From the NCBI GenBank assembly GCA_964537805.1, contig CAZIDI010000001.1, positions 1 to 29,702 of the forward strand: DNA of 29,702 nucleotides. Reading direction: 5' to 3'. Below, one piece after another: positions 10,623 to 19,399 of the stretch. The notes beneath the pieces were generated by a model. It was not told the origin of the DNA and did not search any database. It was given only the letters and a program-made list of their open reading frames with translations. The position numbers and the translations under genes were made by a program. How positions within the stretch are numbered: position 1 is the first letter of the stretch; every line of letters starts with the position of its first letter. Source of the DNA: an uncultured Muribaculaceae bacterium. GTDB taxonomy: Bacteria > Bacillota_I > Bacilli_A > RF39 > UBA660.

Positions 10623-11415
10623 TTTCGGCACCTTCTTTATTTTCTTCTTTTTCTTCTGCTTTTTTTTCTATCGTATCAAGTGCAATTGTCATTAGGGTTT
10701 CATAATCTTTATTAAAGGTAGTTGCCATTTTATTTTGAAGGGTAATAATCTCTCCATTCATGATATAACTATCCATATTTTTAATGAAAAAACTAGAAGT
10801 TAATGTATAGTCTATATTGGCTTTGATAATGTTTTTTATATCAAATATAGAAAAATAATCTTTATAAGGATTGCAACTATTATTTAGTAAAATCTTGTAG
10901 TTAGTAATGCCAGTATCTTTAAAAATGCTCATTAAAGACTTCATATTTTTTAAGTCCAAAGGATCATTTGATAATACAAAGAGAATTTGGTCTACTTTGT
11001 CTAAAGTAACAATATTGATTTCGTCCAAAATATGATTGGTATCAATCAAAACCATATCGTAGTGGGATTCCGCTTTATCAATTAAAATATCCATATATTT
11101 AGAATCTATTTTATTGATTTGACGTGGATCTTTAGGACTAGGTAAAATGTCGATATAATCATCATATTTCGTGATATAATCTTTAAAGTCTTTATAACGG
11201 TTGTTATTGTAGTCATCCACAAAATTAAAGATGGTTTTATCAAACGGGCGATTAAGTGCCATCGTAATTCCACCACTTGATAAATCTAAATCTACTAGCA
11301 AAACTTTTTTTTCTAAATGTTCATAGATTCCTGCTAAGTTAATTGCCGTGATGGTTTTTCCAACTCCACCTTTACTTGAAAAAATACACATTGATTTTCC
11401 TTTTGTTTTTGACAT
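10615..11415 (-). CDS. cpaE: CpaE/TadZ-like MinD/ParA-family ATPase lacking the N-terminal receiver-like domain
   Basis: Deviant Walker A SSKGGVGKT, LLVDLDLSSG, YDMVLIDT; directly upstream of cpaF. Confidence 0.8.
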   Translation of the reverse strand: MSKTKGKSMCIFSSKGGVGKTITAINLAGIYEHLEKKVLLVDLDLSSGGITMALNRPFDKTIFNFVDDYNNNRYKDFKDYITKYDDYIDILPSPKDPRQINKIDSKYMDILIDKAESHYDMVLIDTNHILDEINIVTLDKVDQILFVLSNDPLDLKNMKSLMSIFKDTGITNYKILLNNSCNPYKDYFSIFDIKNIIKANIDYTLTSSFFIKNMDSYIMNGEIITLQNKMATTFNKDYETLMTIALDTIEKKAEEKEENKEGAENE

Positions 11416-11424
11416 AGTATCCCT

Positions 11425-11805
11425 CTATTCTTTTTCAATTTTTAATGTATCAAATGTTTGTGTTGCCTTTAAAGCACATTTTATTTTATATTCTTTGATG
11501 CCAATAATCTTACCAAAAATACTTTCTTTTGCATATTCACTTTTTATTGTAACAAAATCTTTTTGCACTTCCACTACTAAATTCGTAGTAGATAGATTAT
11601 TTTTAACAAATAAATCGGTTACCATCTCCTGGTAATTTTCTTCATCCTTCTTTTGATACGTTGATTTTAAAATCGTTTTTATCGTGCCATTTAATTTAGT
11701 ATGCTCTTTTAAAATAAGTCCCGTATCTACCACAAAGGCAAGTAATAAGATGAGGATTGGCAAAAGGACAACGAATATAATTAATGTTTGGCCTTTATTA
11801 TTCAT
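11425..11805 (-). CDS. TadG/TadE-like pseudopilin
   Basis: N-terminus KG|QTLIIFVVLLPILILLLAFVVDTG, typical of the Tad pseudopilin N-domain. Confidence 0.8.
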   Translation of the reverse strand: MNNKGQTLIIFVVLLPILILLLAFVVDTGLILKEHTKLNGTIKTILKSTYQKKDEENYQEMVTDLFVKNNLSTTNLVVEVQKDFVTIKSEYAKESIFGKIIGIKEYKIKCALKATQTFDTLKIEKE

Positions 11806-12151
11806 TATAAATCACTCTTTTAACACTTGCTTGGTAAGGATTTTTTAAAATTAGGTTTAATCCTGGTGTTAAAATCTCCACTTCCTTATTTAAAATAAAA
11901 TAGGTGTATGCATTATCCGTTTCTTTTCCTAAAGAAATTTTTTCTTTTGTTAGGTTTAAATCTTCTGTTATTTCCTCCACATTTTTTTTGCTTTCATACA
12001 AAGTGATGACATCATCCATTTTGCTTTCTAAATTGTTTTTTGTGTATAATATTTTTCCAAAATCAATAATGGCAAAGAGCATAAAAATAAAGATGGGAAG
12101 TAAAATGACAAATTCCACTAAGGCTTGTCCGCACCTATTATTCCGTATCAC
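11798..12151 (-). CDS. tadE: TadE-family pseudopilin
   Basis: G|QALVEFVILLPIFIFMLFAIIDFG with Glu at +5. Confidence 0.88.
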   Translation of the reverse strand: MIRNNRCGQALVEFVILLPIFIFMLFAIIDFGKILYTKNNLESKMDDVITLYESKKNVEEITEDLNLTKEKISLGKETDNAYTYFILNKEVEILTPGLNLILKNPYQASVKRVIYNE

Positions 12152-12178
12152 TTTATCACCCTCTTATTTTCATAAATT

Positions 12179-12187
12179 ATTATAACA
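12179..12187 (-). promoter_or_regulatory. Possible internal extended -10 promoter for tadE onward
   Basis: TGtTATAAT about 30 nt upstream of tadE; -35 weak. Confidence 0.45.
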
Positions 12188-12188
12188 T

Positions 12189-12218
12189 AAAAAAAATGTG
12201 ATGAAAAGTAAACATCAC
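12189..12218 (-). terminator. Intrinsic terminator immediately after flp
   Basis: GTGATG-9 nt-CATCAC followed by A then T8; overlaps the flp stop codon. Confidence 0.65.
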
Positions 12219-12415
12219 TCTTTCTCTTTGCAGGTGCCTTCTCCAGGTTTTGCTCCTGGGACATATTCTTGGTCTACTAATGAACAAGAGGTCTTAGTAA
12301 TTGAATCTTTTAGGTATCCACCAAAATAACTTACAATAGCTATTGTTATCACACTTATGATAGCAACAATTAAAACATATTCCACTAAGGCTTGTCCATT
12401 CTTATTCTTGACCAT
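12215..12415 (-). CDS. flp: Flp family type IVb/c pilin
   Basis: 66 aa; KNG|QALVEYVLIVAIISVITIAI (Flp EY motif); two C-terminal Cys. Confidence 0.9.
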   Translation of the reverse strand: MVKNKNGQALVEYVLIVAIISVITIAIVSYFGGYLKDSITKTSCSLVDQEYVPGAKPGEGTCKEKE

Positions 12416-12438
12416 TTAAAACACCTACTATCATATTA

Positions 12439-12481
12439 AATATAAACGATAAAAAAGGGAAAGTCAATTCTAATTAGAATT
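12439..12481 (-). promoter_or_regulatory. flp promoter with abutting perfect palindrome
   Basis: TTGACT(12467-12462)-17 nt-TATATT(12444-12439); AATTCTAATTAGAATT (12466-12481) is a perfect 16-bp palindrome. Confidence 0.6.
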
Positions 12482-12501
12482 TTTAAACGGCCTACCTTTT
12501 T

Positions 12502-13112
12502 CTATTGCAACTTTCGAGTATAGGCTTCTTGTTGTACTATTGTTTTTTGGGATTCATCATAATCAAAATTTAATTGATTCGAAATTCTTAAGTTCATTAA
12601 AATTTTCTTAAATTCTAAATAAGTTAATTTATCAACGGAATTGTAATTAAAGATAGGTTCCTCTTTTGGCTGATTTATTAGCATTTCTTGGGTCTTTCCC
12701 TTAATGCCATTTAATAAATTTGGGTCCGTTCCTAATTTATCATTTAATTTCGTTTCCTGCAAATAAAAATCTCTGTTTTTCTTAGCATCCAAATAATCAT
12801 ATCCAAACCAAATGGTAGAAATAGCACTTACAATTAGAACTATTACATTAAATAAAATTCAAAGTAATAATGAATCCTAATATGTTTATAAGTAAAATGA
12901 TTAGAAAAATTATAAATCGCTTTTTAGTGTAATGGTAAGCCTTTTTTATTTGGTCATTCATTATCCAATTAATTTTTTTCTATTTTCCAAAGTATTTTTT
13001 AATAATGAATGTTTCTTTTTAGAGGTAAATTTAATTTAATAGTGTCTTCTTTTATTTCATAAGTCTTAATAAAATCCATATTTCTTTTTGTAGATAAATA
13101 ATAATCTTTCAT
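12502..13112 (-). pseudogene. Decayed orphan membrane-protein gene (~200 codons, two TM helices)
   Basis: ATG at 13112 with GAGG RBS. A continuous protein (MKDYYLSTK...NTLENRKKLI/IMNDQIKKAY...TM...TM...YDYLDAKKNRDFY) needs three frame changes near 13028, 12965 and 12856; ORF 12502..12792 is its 3' part. Confidence 0.7.
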
Positions 13113-13165
13113 AAAATCCTCATTTCTAGATACATATAATAAACCTAATAGAAAGAAAAATCAAT

Positions 13166-14098
13166 TTAGTCCTGGTATTCACTTGTAATACCAAAATAGC
13201 CTTCAAGTGTTAACCAATCACCATTGTTGTATAATTTTTCAGCAAGTTCCTCACCAACATATCGAAAATGCCATGACTCATATTTAAATCCAGTTTCATC
13301 TGCTTTTCCATTAGGAAATCTTAAAATGAAACCATATTTATAGCAATTATCACTTAACCAATTGGCTTCTGGGGTATTATGAAATTTATCACTGACTTCA
13401 TTGACATCAAAAGTAAGTCCTGATTGGTGTTCAGAGTGCCCAGGTCTTGCAGAATACGTATCTGCTCCTGATACACCATCTCTTTTGACATAATTATTAT
13501 ATAATGTAACTTGTTTTTCATAAGAACGAAAGCCACTTGCAATGTAAATATTGAAACCATCCAATAAAGCCGCGGCTTTTAATTTGTTAAAAGCATCTTT
13601 TGTTTCTTTTGTTAATCCATTTCCATAGGTAGAAGGAAGAGAATACGTTTTATTTACAATCAATGTTCCCTCAATGTATGTAACGCCATCAATAATTTCT
13701 CCTTGAAATCCTTTAGAAGTAACAAAGTGGTTTTCATCGTTTTTAAGATCTGTATCATTTTCTTTTACTACTTTCAAGGTAAATGGTTTTTTTATTTCCT
13801 GACCATTTTGATCTTTTACTACATAATACAAAGAATATTCCCCCTCTGTATTAAAATCATAACTTCCTTCGACAATTGGAGTTATGGATTCATTTTTGCT
13901 ATTTGTGGCACTCACATTTTCTAATAAATCAATTTCTTCTCCAACATTGGTAATCAAAACATCCTTATACGTTATTTTTGGCAAATCTTCTGTTTCTTTT
14001 TTATTTATTTTCTTAAATGCAAAATACCCTCCAAAAATGCTTAGAATTAGGAACAGAACCAAAAACAGTTTTTTTAATTTTTTCTTTTTTCTCTTCAT
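13166..14098 (-). CDS. Membrane-anchored M15B (VanY/LdcB-like) carboxypeptidase with an Ig-like spacer domain
   Basis: Basic N-terminus plus TM helix; Ig-like EIDLLENVSATNS...GEYSLYYVVKD; SGFRSYEKQ, SARPGHSEHQSGLTFD, ESWHFRYVG. Start at 14098 (GAGGT RBS). Confidence 0.9.
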   Translation of the reverse strand: MKRKKKKLKKLFLVLFLILSIFGGYFAFKKINKKETEDLPKITYKDVLITNVGEEIDLLENVSATNSKNESITPIVEGSYDFNTEGEYSLYYVVKDQNGQEIKKPFTLKVVKENDTDLKNDENHFVTSKGFQGEIIDGVTYIEGTLIVNKTYSLPSTYGNGLTKETKDAFNKLKAAALLDGFNIYIASGFRSYEKQVTLYNNYVKRDGVSGADTYSARPGHSEHQSGLTFDVNEVSDKFHNTPEANWLSDNCYKYGFILRFPNGKADETGFKYESWHFRYVGEELAEKLYNNGDWLTLEGYFGITSEYQD

Positions 14099-14117
14099 AA
14101 TGACCTCACTTATAAAA

Positions 14118-14146
14118 ATTATAAAACTAAAATACAATAATTTCTA
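14118..14146 (-). promoter_or_regulatory. Promoter of the M15B peptidase gene
   Basis: TAGAAA-17 nt-TATAAT. Confidence 0.5.
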
Positions 14147-14198
14147 TTCTTTTAGAGAATTCCTTTACATTTATAAAAAACTATATTAAACTTAATTT

Positions 14199-14262
14199 AG
14201 CGAGACACTAAAACAATGCTTACCATATAGCTTGCACCATCTTTACGGATGGCGCTTTTTTT
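14199..14262 (+). ncRNA. Putative ~65-nt antisense sRNA (candidate type I antitoxin)
   Basis: Promoter TTTACA(14164-69)-17 nt-TAAACT(14187-92); terminator GCACCATC/GATGGCGC(14234-14255) plus T7; no + strand ORF to explain either signal. Confidence 0.5.
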
Positions 14263-14287
14263 ATTCCAAAACTCCCTAGGTTTAATA

Positions 14288-14356
14288 CTAATCAAATAGT
14301 ATTAATAAAATAATTATCACAAGCAAAATTAAGATTAGAAAATCTTTTTTACTCAT
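14288..14356 (-). CDS. 22-aa hydrophobic peptide MSKKDFLILILLVIIILLILFD (candidate type I toxin)
   Basis: Manually translated. AGGAG at 14373-14369 (12 nt spacing; in-frame GTG 9 nt upstream is an alternative start); -10 TATAGT at 14426-14421. Confidence 0.6.
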   Translation of the reverse strand: MSKKDFLILILLVIIILLILFD

Positions 14357-14447
14357 ACTGACCACTTTCTCCTATAAAAGAATTTGTGACAAGCCCATAC
14401 GATTTGTGCCTCGCAAACTCACTATAAAACAAGAAAAAAGTGCAATT

Positions 14448-14521
14448 GCTAATTTGGTAAATTGAGGCTTCCATTTGCCTTTTTTATCCTCCAATTTGCC
14501 AAAAGAAAAGTCCAATTTTCT
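14448..14521. repeat. Four phased imperfect direct repeats (consensus TCCAATTTGCC), 20-22 nt period
   Basis: GCTAATTTGGT 14448, TCC-ATTTGCC 14470, TCCAATTTGCC 14490, TCCAATTTTCT 14511. Confidence 0.5.
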
Positions 14522-14623
14522 AAATTGAACTCATTTTTAACAAAATTAGTAAAATTTTCATTTTTTTCATTTATTTAGATATTTTCTTTCTTATACTATG
14601 ATATGATGTATTAGGTGATACTT

Positions 14624-16234
<1,611 letters not shown>

Positions 16235-16265
16235 TTAGCATGTCTACAAAGAAAAATGAGTATTT

Positions 16266-17345
16266 TTAGATTCCTCTTTTTTCTTCCTTTTCTTTTTTAC
16301 CAAAAGCAAATTCATATGCTTCTTGATATTTTTCTTCTACTTTCTTTTGCTCTTGGTCTAGCTGTTTCCAAAGTTCTGCTGATTCTTCATCAATATGTAC
16401 AATAACGCCTTTTGAGGTTTGCACTTCTATTTTTGAAGTACTTTTCTTTTGTATTTTACTTGCAGTATATATAATTTTATCTTTTTCTTCATTTAAAAAG
16501 TTGTATTTACAAATTATATGTAAATTTTCTATTATATTTGGAAAATCATTTATATGCATATTATCATTATATCTTTTTTCAATATTAACTATAAAATCAC
16601 AAATCAAATTGATAAAATTTTCAAACGAATTTCTCATAACCTGAAAATTTTCTGTTTCCTTTAAATTTTGACGCAAACTATCACAATTGATTCTAAAAGC
16701 ATTTATTCTTTCTTTTAATAGATTCCATTGTACCCTATTTGTAATCGTAATTTTACCCGTTAAAAACTTTTTTCTTAAACCTTCAGCATCGTTTTTATAA
16801 TCTTCCATTAAAAGTCTTAATTTTTCTTCTCTTGTTCCATAAATAATGGTATAGGCAAATATATATTTATTATACAATTCTTTTTGACTTTTGCAAGAAT
16901 CTTGAAAAGTTTTGTAATCACTCACTTTAATACGATACTCTTTATTTAGTATATCACTTACATCTATGTAAGGTATATTTCTACTATTTTGACTACTTTC
17001 TAACGTATAATTTTCTGCTAATTCCTGACGATATGAAGTACAAGAATTAAAAAGGCACAAAATTCTTAATTGATAGGTAATTGCTTTTAAATTTTCTTCT
17101 GTTAATTTATTTTGATATTTTTCCTCTATTTTGTGAATGGATTGCCACATTATTCTTAAATAATCTTGACAGTGTTTCACTAAAATATTGTTATTGCTTT
17201 CTTCTATATACAAATCTCCTAAATGAAAAATAGTTTCTTTTAACTGATTCCAATCTTCTACACTTTGAATTTTAATATTTGCATTTAAAAAATCATTTTC
17301 ATGTTTTTTTGTTTTTTCAATAAATTCTTGGTTCAAAGCATCCAC
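16266..17345 (-). CDS. Hypothetical protein (~359 aa) with an internal two-fold repeat
   Basis: Long open frame between trmB and obg; two similar helical segments; no family recognised. Confidence 0.8.
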   Translation of the reverse strand: MDALNQEFIEKTKKHENDFLNANIKIQSVEDWNQLKETIFHLGDLYIEESNNNILVKHCQDYLRIMWQSIHKIEEKYQNKLTEENLKAITYQLRILCLFNSCTSYRQELAENYTLESSQNSRNIPYIDVSDILNKEYRIKVSDYKTFQDSCKSQKELYNKYIFAYTIIYGTREEKLRLLMEDYKNDAEGLRKKFLTGKITITNRVQWNLLKERINAFRINCDSLRQNLKETENFQVMRNSFENFINLICDFIVNIEKRYNDNMHINDFPNIIENLHIICKYNFLNEEKDKIIYTASKIQKKSTSKIEVQTSKGVIVHIDEESAELWKQLDQEQKKVEEKYQEAYEFAFGKKEKEEKRGI

Positions 17346-17348
17346 TTC

Positions 17349-17987
17349 CTAATCTCTAAAACTTGCATCCACAAAATATATAGGTCGATTTTCTTTATAA
17401 TATTGTACCTCAAAATCGGTCATTAAATTTGGTATTTTTCTTTCGTCGTGATGTAAATCTAAACTTATTTTATCAAACGTATACCAATATTTACTTAAGT
17501 TTTCCAAAGAAGAGGAAAATAAAATTTTATTGTCCGTTTTTAGTACAATATGTTTATTTTTTTTAAAAATACGATCATATAGTTTTAAATAATTCATAGA
17601 AGTAAAGCGTTTTTTTTCATCTTGTTTTTTAGGCCAAGGTTCTGAAAAAGTTAGATAAATGGTATCGATTTCTTTTCCAAAATAACTAACAATATTATTG
17701 GCATCTGCACATATAATTTTTAAATTATTTAGTTTCTTTGTTCCGATATTTTTAATTGCAGAGGCTGTTTGAGAACTATCAATTTCTAAACCAATAAAGT
17801 TCTTATTAGGATATTCTCTAGCCATTTGGATCAGAAAGATTCCTCTTCCCATACCAAGTTCCAAACAAATAGGATTATTATTTCCAAATACTTGATTCCA
17901 ATGATTCTTATAACTATTTGGATTTTGAATGACATATTCACTATCTTCTAATATATGTTTGGCACCCTTTATTACATTGTATCGCAT
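17349..17987 (-). CDS. trmB: tRNA (guanine-N7)-methyltransferase TrmB-like, divergent
   Basis: LELGMGRG, NFIGLEI, ADA, FSEPWPKK, LKTDN, MTDFE; several conserved positions substituted. Confidence 0.8.
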   Translation of the reverse strand: MRYNVIKGAKHILEDSEYVIQNPNSYKNHWNQVFGNNNPICLELGMGRGIFLIQMAREYPNKNFIGLEIDSSQTASAIKNIGTKKLNNLKIICADANNIVSYFGKEIDTIYLTFSEPWPKKQDEKKRFTSMNYLKLYDRIFKKNKHIVLKTDNKILFSSSLENLSKYWYTFDKISLDLHHDERKIPNLMTDFEVQYYKENRPIYFVDASFRD

Positions 17988-18006
17988 TTCAAAACACCTC
18001 TTAATT

Positions 18007-18035
18007 ATTTTATCAAATAACTAGAGAAAAGTCTA
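18007..18035 (-). promoter_or_regulatory. trmB promoter
   Basis: TAGACT-17 nt-TAAAAT with TGn extension. Confidence 0.6.
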
Positions 18036-18071
18036 TTTCGTTTATTTATTACAATAACTCACAAATTATTC

Positions 18072-18100
18072 TTGCTTTTCACCTAGTATTCCTATACAAT
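18072..18100 (+). promoter_or_regulatory. Promoter of the small-peptide locus
   Basis: TTGCTT(18072-77)-17 nt-TACAAT(18095-100). Confidence 0.65.
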
Positions 18101-18159
18101 TTACAAAAGTTGGTGTTCTTTCCTCAGTTCACAACATAAAGATTTTATTCTGGAGGAAC

Positions 18160-18273
18160 ATGGAATATCTAGTTATCCTTGTTGTAATACTAGTTGTGAT
18201 TTCACGACTAGACAACAACAAGAAGCAACAAAAAGAACACCTAACATTTGTTGGGTGTTCAACGTTCAACTAA
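18160..18273 (+). CDS. 37-aa peptide MEYLVILVVILVVISRLDNNKKQQKEHLTFVGCSTFN (candidate type I toxin)
   Basis: Manually translated. GGAGG at 18152-56 (short 3-nt spacing); hydrophobic N-half, charged C-half; own promoter and terminator. Confidence 0.65.
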   Translation: MEYLVILVVILVVISRLDNNKKQQKEHLTFVGCSTFN

Positions 18274-18315
18274 TGAACTGAGGGCACCGACAAAGTGCCT
18301 CTTTTTATTTGTCCT
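18226..18315 (-). ncRNA. Putative antisense RNA (candidate antitoxin) overlapping the 3' end of the peptide mRNA
   Basis: TATAAT at 18327-18322 (weak -35); minus-strand hairpin 18260-18235 with T5 tail lies inside the peptide ORF. Could instead be the rpmA operon terminator. Confidence 0.4.
18280..18306 (+). terminator. Intrinsic terminator of the peptide transcript
   Basis: GAGGGCAC-7 nt-GTGCCTC followed by T5. Confidence 0.65.
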
Positions 18316-18368
18316 AAATATATTATATACATAAAAATGCAAATTTTTTGAATGTATATAAAAAGCGC

Positions 18369-18653
18369 TTACTTCTCGTAAACGCTTGCTTTCTTCTTGT
18401 CTCTTCCTAATCTTTCAAATTTAACTACACCATCTATTTTTGCAAATAAAGTGTGGTCACGTCCCATTCCAACATTTGTTCCTGGATAGATTTTTGTACC
18501 TCTTTGGCGATAAATGATACTTCCAGCAGATACAAATTCTCCATCGCTTGCTTTCGCACCAAGTCGTCTACCAGCACTATCACGTCCGTTTTTTGTAGAA
18601 CCTTGGGCTTTAATATGAGCAAAACGTTGTATATTAAATGCAAACTTTAACAT
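18369..18653 (-). CDS. rpmA: 50S ribosomal protein L27 with cleavable N-terminal extension
   Basis: [11 protein letters not shown]|[38 protein letters not shown]. Confidence 0.98.
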   Translation of the reverse strand: MLKFAFNIQRFAHIKAQGSTKNGRDSAGRRLGAKASDGEFVSAGSIIYRQRGTKIYPGTNVGMGRDHTLFAKIDGVVKFERLGRDKKKASVYEK

Positions 18654-18656
18654 TCG

Positions 18657-18962
18657 CTATTCTCCTTCCATTTTTATATTTTTTTTGTATTCTTTTTCAA
18701 TTTCTTTTAAAAGATCAATCATATTTTCGATTAAAGTATCAGTAATTTTATCGTGTTCTAGAATATGAATTTTCATACTATTCCCATCATCGGTTACTTC
18801 TATGGTTTTTTGAAAAGAAAGAATGGCATTTATACTTGTTGTAACTACACTCGATACAGCAGCACATACAATATCGCTTCCTTTTTCGGCATACCCAGAA
18901 TGTCCACTGATAAAAATATTTTCAATCTTATTATTCTTTTTTTCTATTTTTACTTTTATCAT
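18657..18962 (-). CDS. prp: Ribosomal-processing cysteine protease Prp (YsxB)
   Basis: SGHSGY..KGSDIVCAAVS; located between rplU and rpmA. Confidence 0.93.
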   Translation of the reverse strand: MIKVKIEKKNNKIENIFISGHSGYAEKGSDIVCAAVSSVVTTSINAILSFQKTIEVTDDGNSMKIHILEHDKITDTLIENMIDLLKEIEKEYKKNIKMEGE

Positions 18963-18964
18963 AA

Positions 18965-19267
18965 TTACTTAACTTCAATTTTCTTAACCACTAATTTTGT
19001 ATAGGGTTGTCTATGACCTTGTTTATTACGATATTTCTTTTTAGGTTTGTATTTGAAAACAACAATTTTCTTTTGACGTCCGTGTTTTTCAACATTGCAA
19101 ATGACTTTAGCCCCTGCAACATATGGGGTTCCTGCTTTACCATCTACAAATAAAACATCTGTAAATGTTACATCACTACCTACTTCTGCATCTAGTTTTT
19201 CAACATAAATAACATCGCCTTCAGATACATAGTATTGTTTTCCACCTGTCGTAAATATAGCTTTCAT
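18965..19267 (-). CDS. rplU: 50S ribosomal protein L21
   Basis: [36 protein letters not shown]. Confidence 0.98.
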   Translation of the reverse strand: MKAIFTTGGKQYYVSEGDVIYVEKLDAEVGSDVTFTDVLFVDGKAGTPYVAGAKVICNVEKHGRQKKIVVFKYKPKKKYRNKQGHRQPYTKLVVKKIEVK

Positions 19268-19287
19268 TTCTTACCTCCTTTATTTTA

Positions 19288-19355
19288 TAAGACTCGCTGT
19301 TAAGGTACTTTAAAAGTTTTTAACCTTTTCCATGCGGTTTTAGAAAGAAAAGCCC
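19288..19355 (-). ncRNA. L21 leader-like RNA in the rplU 5' UTR
   Basis: ACCGCAT ... GCGAGTC motifs as I recall them from the Firmicutes L21 leader, between the promoter and the rplU RBS; not verified with a covariance model. Confidence 0.55.
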
Positions 19356-19370
19356 TTCCAAACGTATTAA

Positions 19371-19399
19371 ATTCTATCAAAAATAAGAGTGAATGTCAA
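19371..19399 (-). promoter_or_regulatory. rplU operon promoter, embedded in the spoIVFB 3' end
   Basis: TTGACA-17 nt-TAGAAT with TGn extension. Confidence 0.75.

Noticed and set aside
10615-11415. CpaE-like ATPase as the missing MinD
   Set aside because: It is embedded in the tad operon and overlaps the cpaF start, the standard TadZ/CpaE position.
4379-12501. Shared 11-mer CCTACCTTTTT at the 3' ends of the sigma gene (~4379) and the 12502 pseudogene (~12491) as a cassette signal
   Set aside because: Low complexity and absent at the other orphan boundaries.
13166-14098. VanY-like gene as vancomycin resistance
   Set aside because: No vanA/B/H/X/R/S nearby; more likely a housekeeping carboxypeptidase.
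14448-14521. CRISPR-like or c-di-GMP-I riboswitch reading of the GGCAAA repeats
   Set aside because: Repeats of ~11 nt with ~10-nt gaps are too short for CRISPR and no cas genes are present; the P1/P2 stems and GNRA loop of the riboswitch are absent.
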